Of a stretch of 64,000 bases of DNA, positions 62,883-64,000 are shown in pieces (position 1 is the first letter of the stretch; every line of letters begins with the position of its first letter). Source of the DNA: Chitinophagaceae bacterium (GTDB lineage: Bacteria; Bacteroidota; Bacteroidia; Chitinophagales; Chitinophagaceae); contig JBGSPB010000015.1 of assembly GCA_041738795.1 (NCBI GenBank), positions 108,227 through 172,226 on the forward strand. Reading direction: 5' to 3'. The notes below the pieces were generated by a model that worked only from the letters and a program-made list of their open reading frames with translations, searched no databases and was not told where the DNA came from. The position numbers and the translations under genes were made by a program.

Positions 62883-63146
62883 ATGGCAAAAAATGAAATT
62901 AAATACCTGACCGCCATTAAAAGCGACAAAAGAGAAAAGAAGTTCTGCCGCTTTAAAAAATATGGCATCCGTTACATCGACTATAAAGATGTAGAGTTCC
63001 TGAAAAAATTTCTGAACGAGCAGGGAAAATTATTACCCCGCCGCCTTTCCGGAAACAGCCTGAAATTCCAGCGCAAAGTTTCTGATGCGGTGAAAAAGGC
63101 CCGTCAGATGGCATTATTGCCTTACGTAACAGACCTTTTAAAATAA
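62883..63146 (+). CDS. rpsR: 30S ribosomal protein bS18
   Basis: [34 protein letters not shown]. Confidence 0.98.
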   Translation: MAKNEIKYLTAIKSDKREKKFCRFKKYGIRYIDYKDVEFLKKFLNEQGKLLPRRLSGNSLKFQRKVSDAVKKARQMALLPYVTDLLK

Positions 63147-63224
63147 CCTCACCCTAACCTCTTACCATTGGTAAGAGAGACAGTATCGCAAAACGAAACT
63201 GGGTTGGTGAACAAAAAGAGAACA

Positions 63225-63671
63225 ATGGAAATTATTTTAATTCAAGATGTAGATAATCTTGGCGCTAAGAATGAAGTAGTAAAAGTAAAAAACGGGTATG
63301 CCCGTAATTATTTACTGCCACGACAACTTGCAGTAGAGAACAGCCCCAGCAATAAAAAACAACTGGAAGAAAGATTGAAACAGGTGCGTAAGAAAGAAGA
63401 TAAAATGCTGGCTGAAATCAATAGCGTTATTGCTAAACTGAATGAAGCGCCATTAAAACTGGGTGCTAAGACGGGTACAAGTGGTAAAATTTTCGGAAGT
63501 ATTACTTCTCTTCAGTTGAGCCGTGCTATTCGTGAACAAAAAGGGTATGAAATAGATCGTAAAAGAATCTCCATACCTGAAGATGTAAAGGAGATTGGCA
63601 CTTATAAAGCCACTATTGACTTTGGTAATGGTAAATCTACTGAAGTTGAGTTTGAAGTAATAGCTGAATAA
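63225..63671 (+). CDS. rplI: 50S ribosomal protein bL9
   Basis: Likely start MEIILIQDV at 63225; VKVKNGYARNYLLP, GKIFGSI. Confidence 0.98.
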   Translation: MEIILIQDVDNLGAKNEVVKVKNGYARNYLLPRQLAVENSPSNKKQLEERLKQVRKKEDKMLAEINSVIAKLNEAPLKLGAKTGTSGKIFGSITSLQLSRAIREQKGYEIDRKRISIPEDVKEIGTYKATIDFGNGKSTEVEFEVIAE

Positions 63672-63688
63672 AAGAGCTGAATATTCTT

Positions 63689-63719
63689 AAAAAAGTCCTC
63701 CTTTTTGGGGGACTTTTTT
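63689..63719 (+). terminator. Intrinsic terminator of the rpsF operon
   Basis: AAAAAAGTCCTCC-TTTTT-GGGGGACTTTTTT. Confidence 0.88.
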
Positions 63720-63939
63720 ATTGCCTGCCCTAATCTTGACTGCTCAAAATCAATAATTTAGCTTCAACTAGCTATTCCCAAAAGAATAATTTGGCAATAT
63801 CTAAGGAAAAAATCCGTTATTTTGTCTTGCTTTTGGTGCTCTTTCAGTTTCACAAGTCCTGAACGATTCGAAAAACCGTAGAATGTTCATTGGTTACTGT
63901 TTACTGTTGACACTTTTATTTTTTTTAAAACCTCTCAAA

Positions 63940-64000
63940 ATGAACATTTACGTAGGAAACCTCAGTTGGAACCTGAAAGATCAGGATTTATCTAACCTTT
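63940..64000 (+). CDS. RRM-domain RNA-binding protein, truncated by window end
   Basis: MNIYVGNLSWNLKDQDLSNL contains the RNP2 motif IYVGNL. Confidence 0.88.
   Translation, partial: MNIYVGNLSWNLKDQDLSNL

Noticed and set aside
1-64000. CRISPR array, cas genes, rRNA, reverse transcriptase (retron/DGR) or IS transposase
   Set aside because: No repeat-spacer array or relevant motifs seen; all long repeats are in-frame domain duplications.

Overview
Bacteroidota chromosomal window, most likely Chitinophagaceae (T9SS cargo, TAnnTTTG promoters, gene style). (1) 1-9895: right end of an integrative conjugative/mobilizable element inserted at the 3' end of tRNA-Pro(UGG). It carries a relaxase, a YWFCY-type coupling protein, a Hachiman type I-B/AbpAB-like anti-phage pair (Cap4-nuclease/HamA fusion plus Ski2-like helicase), a DUF1016 PD-(D/E)XK protein and a tyrosine integrase. 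(2) 10.1-30.2 kb: an astacin-like protease and an ~18-kb operon with two giant type-B-CTD T9SS cargos, two PorP/SprF proteins and one PorE-like OmpA protein, under a canonical promoter with a palindrome in its spacer and a ~300-nt leader. (3) 30.4-52.4 kb: tRNA-Ser(GCU), dnaA, split 5'-nucleotidase, ABC exporter, an orphan M56-tail-like protein with tandem operators, FabK-like enzyme, nucleotidyltransferase, glyA, two type-A T9SS cargos, uvrA and an ECF sigma factor followed by a structured non-coding element. (4) 52.6-62.3 kb: a SusD-less TonB receptor, two DUF5689-like OB-fold lipoproteins, a T9SS cargo and a divergent secreted EEP nuclease, read as a probable extracellular-DNA utilisation locus. 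(5) rpsF-rpsR-rplI (with a Shine-Dalgarno before rpsR) and the start of an RRM gene. No CRISPR array, rRNA or reverse transcriptase was seen. Family calls come from motif recognition by eye; no database search was run.
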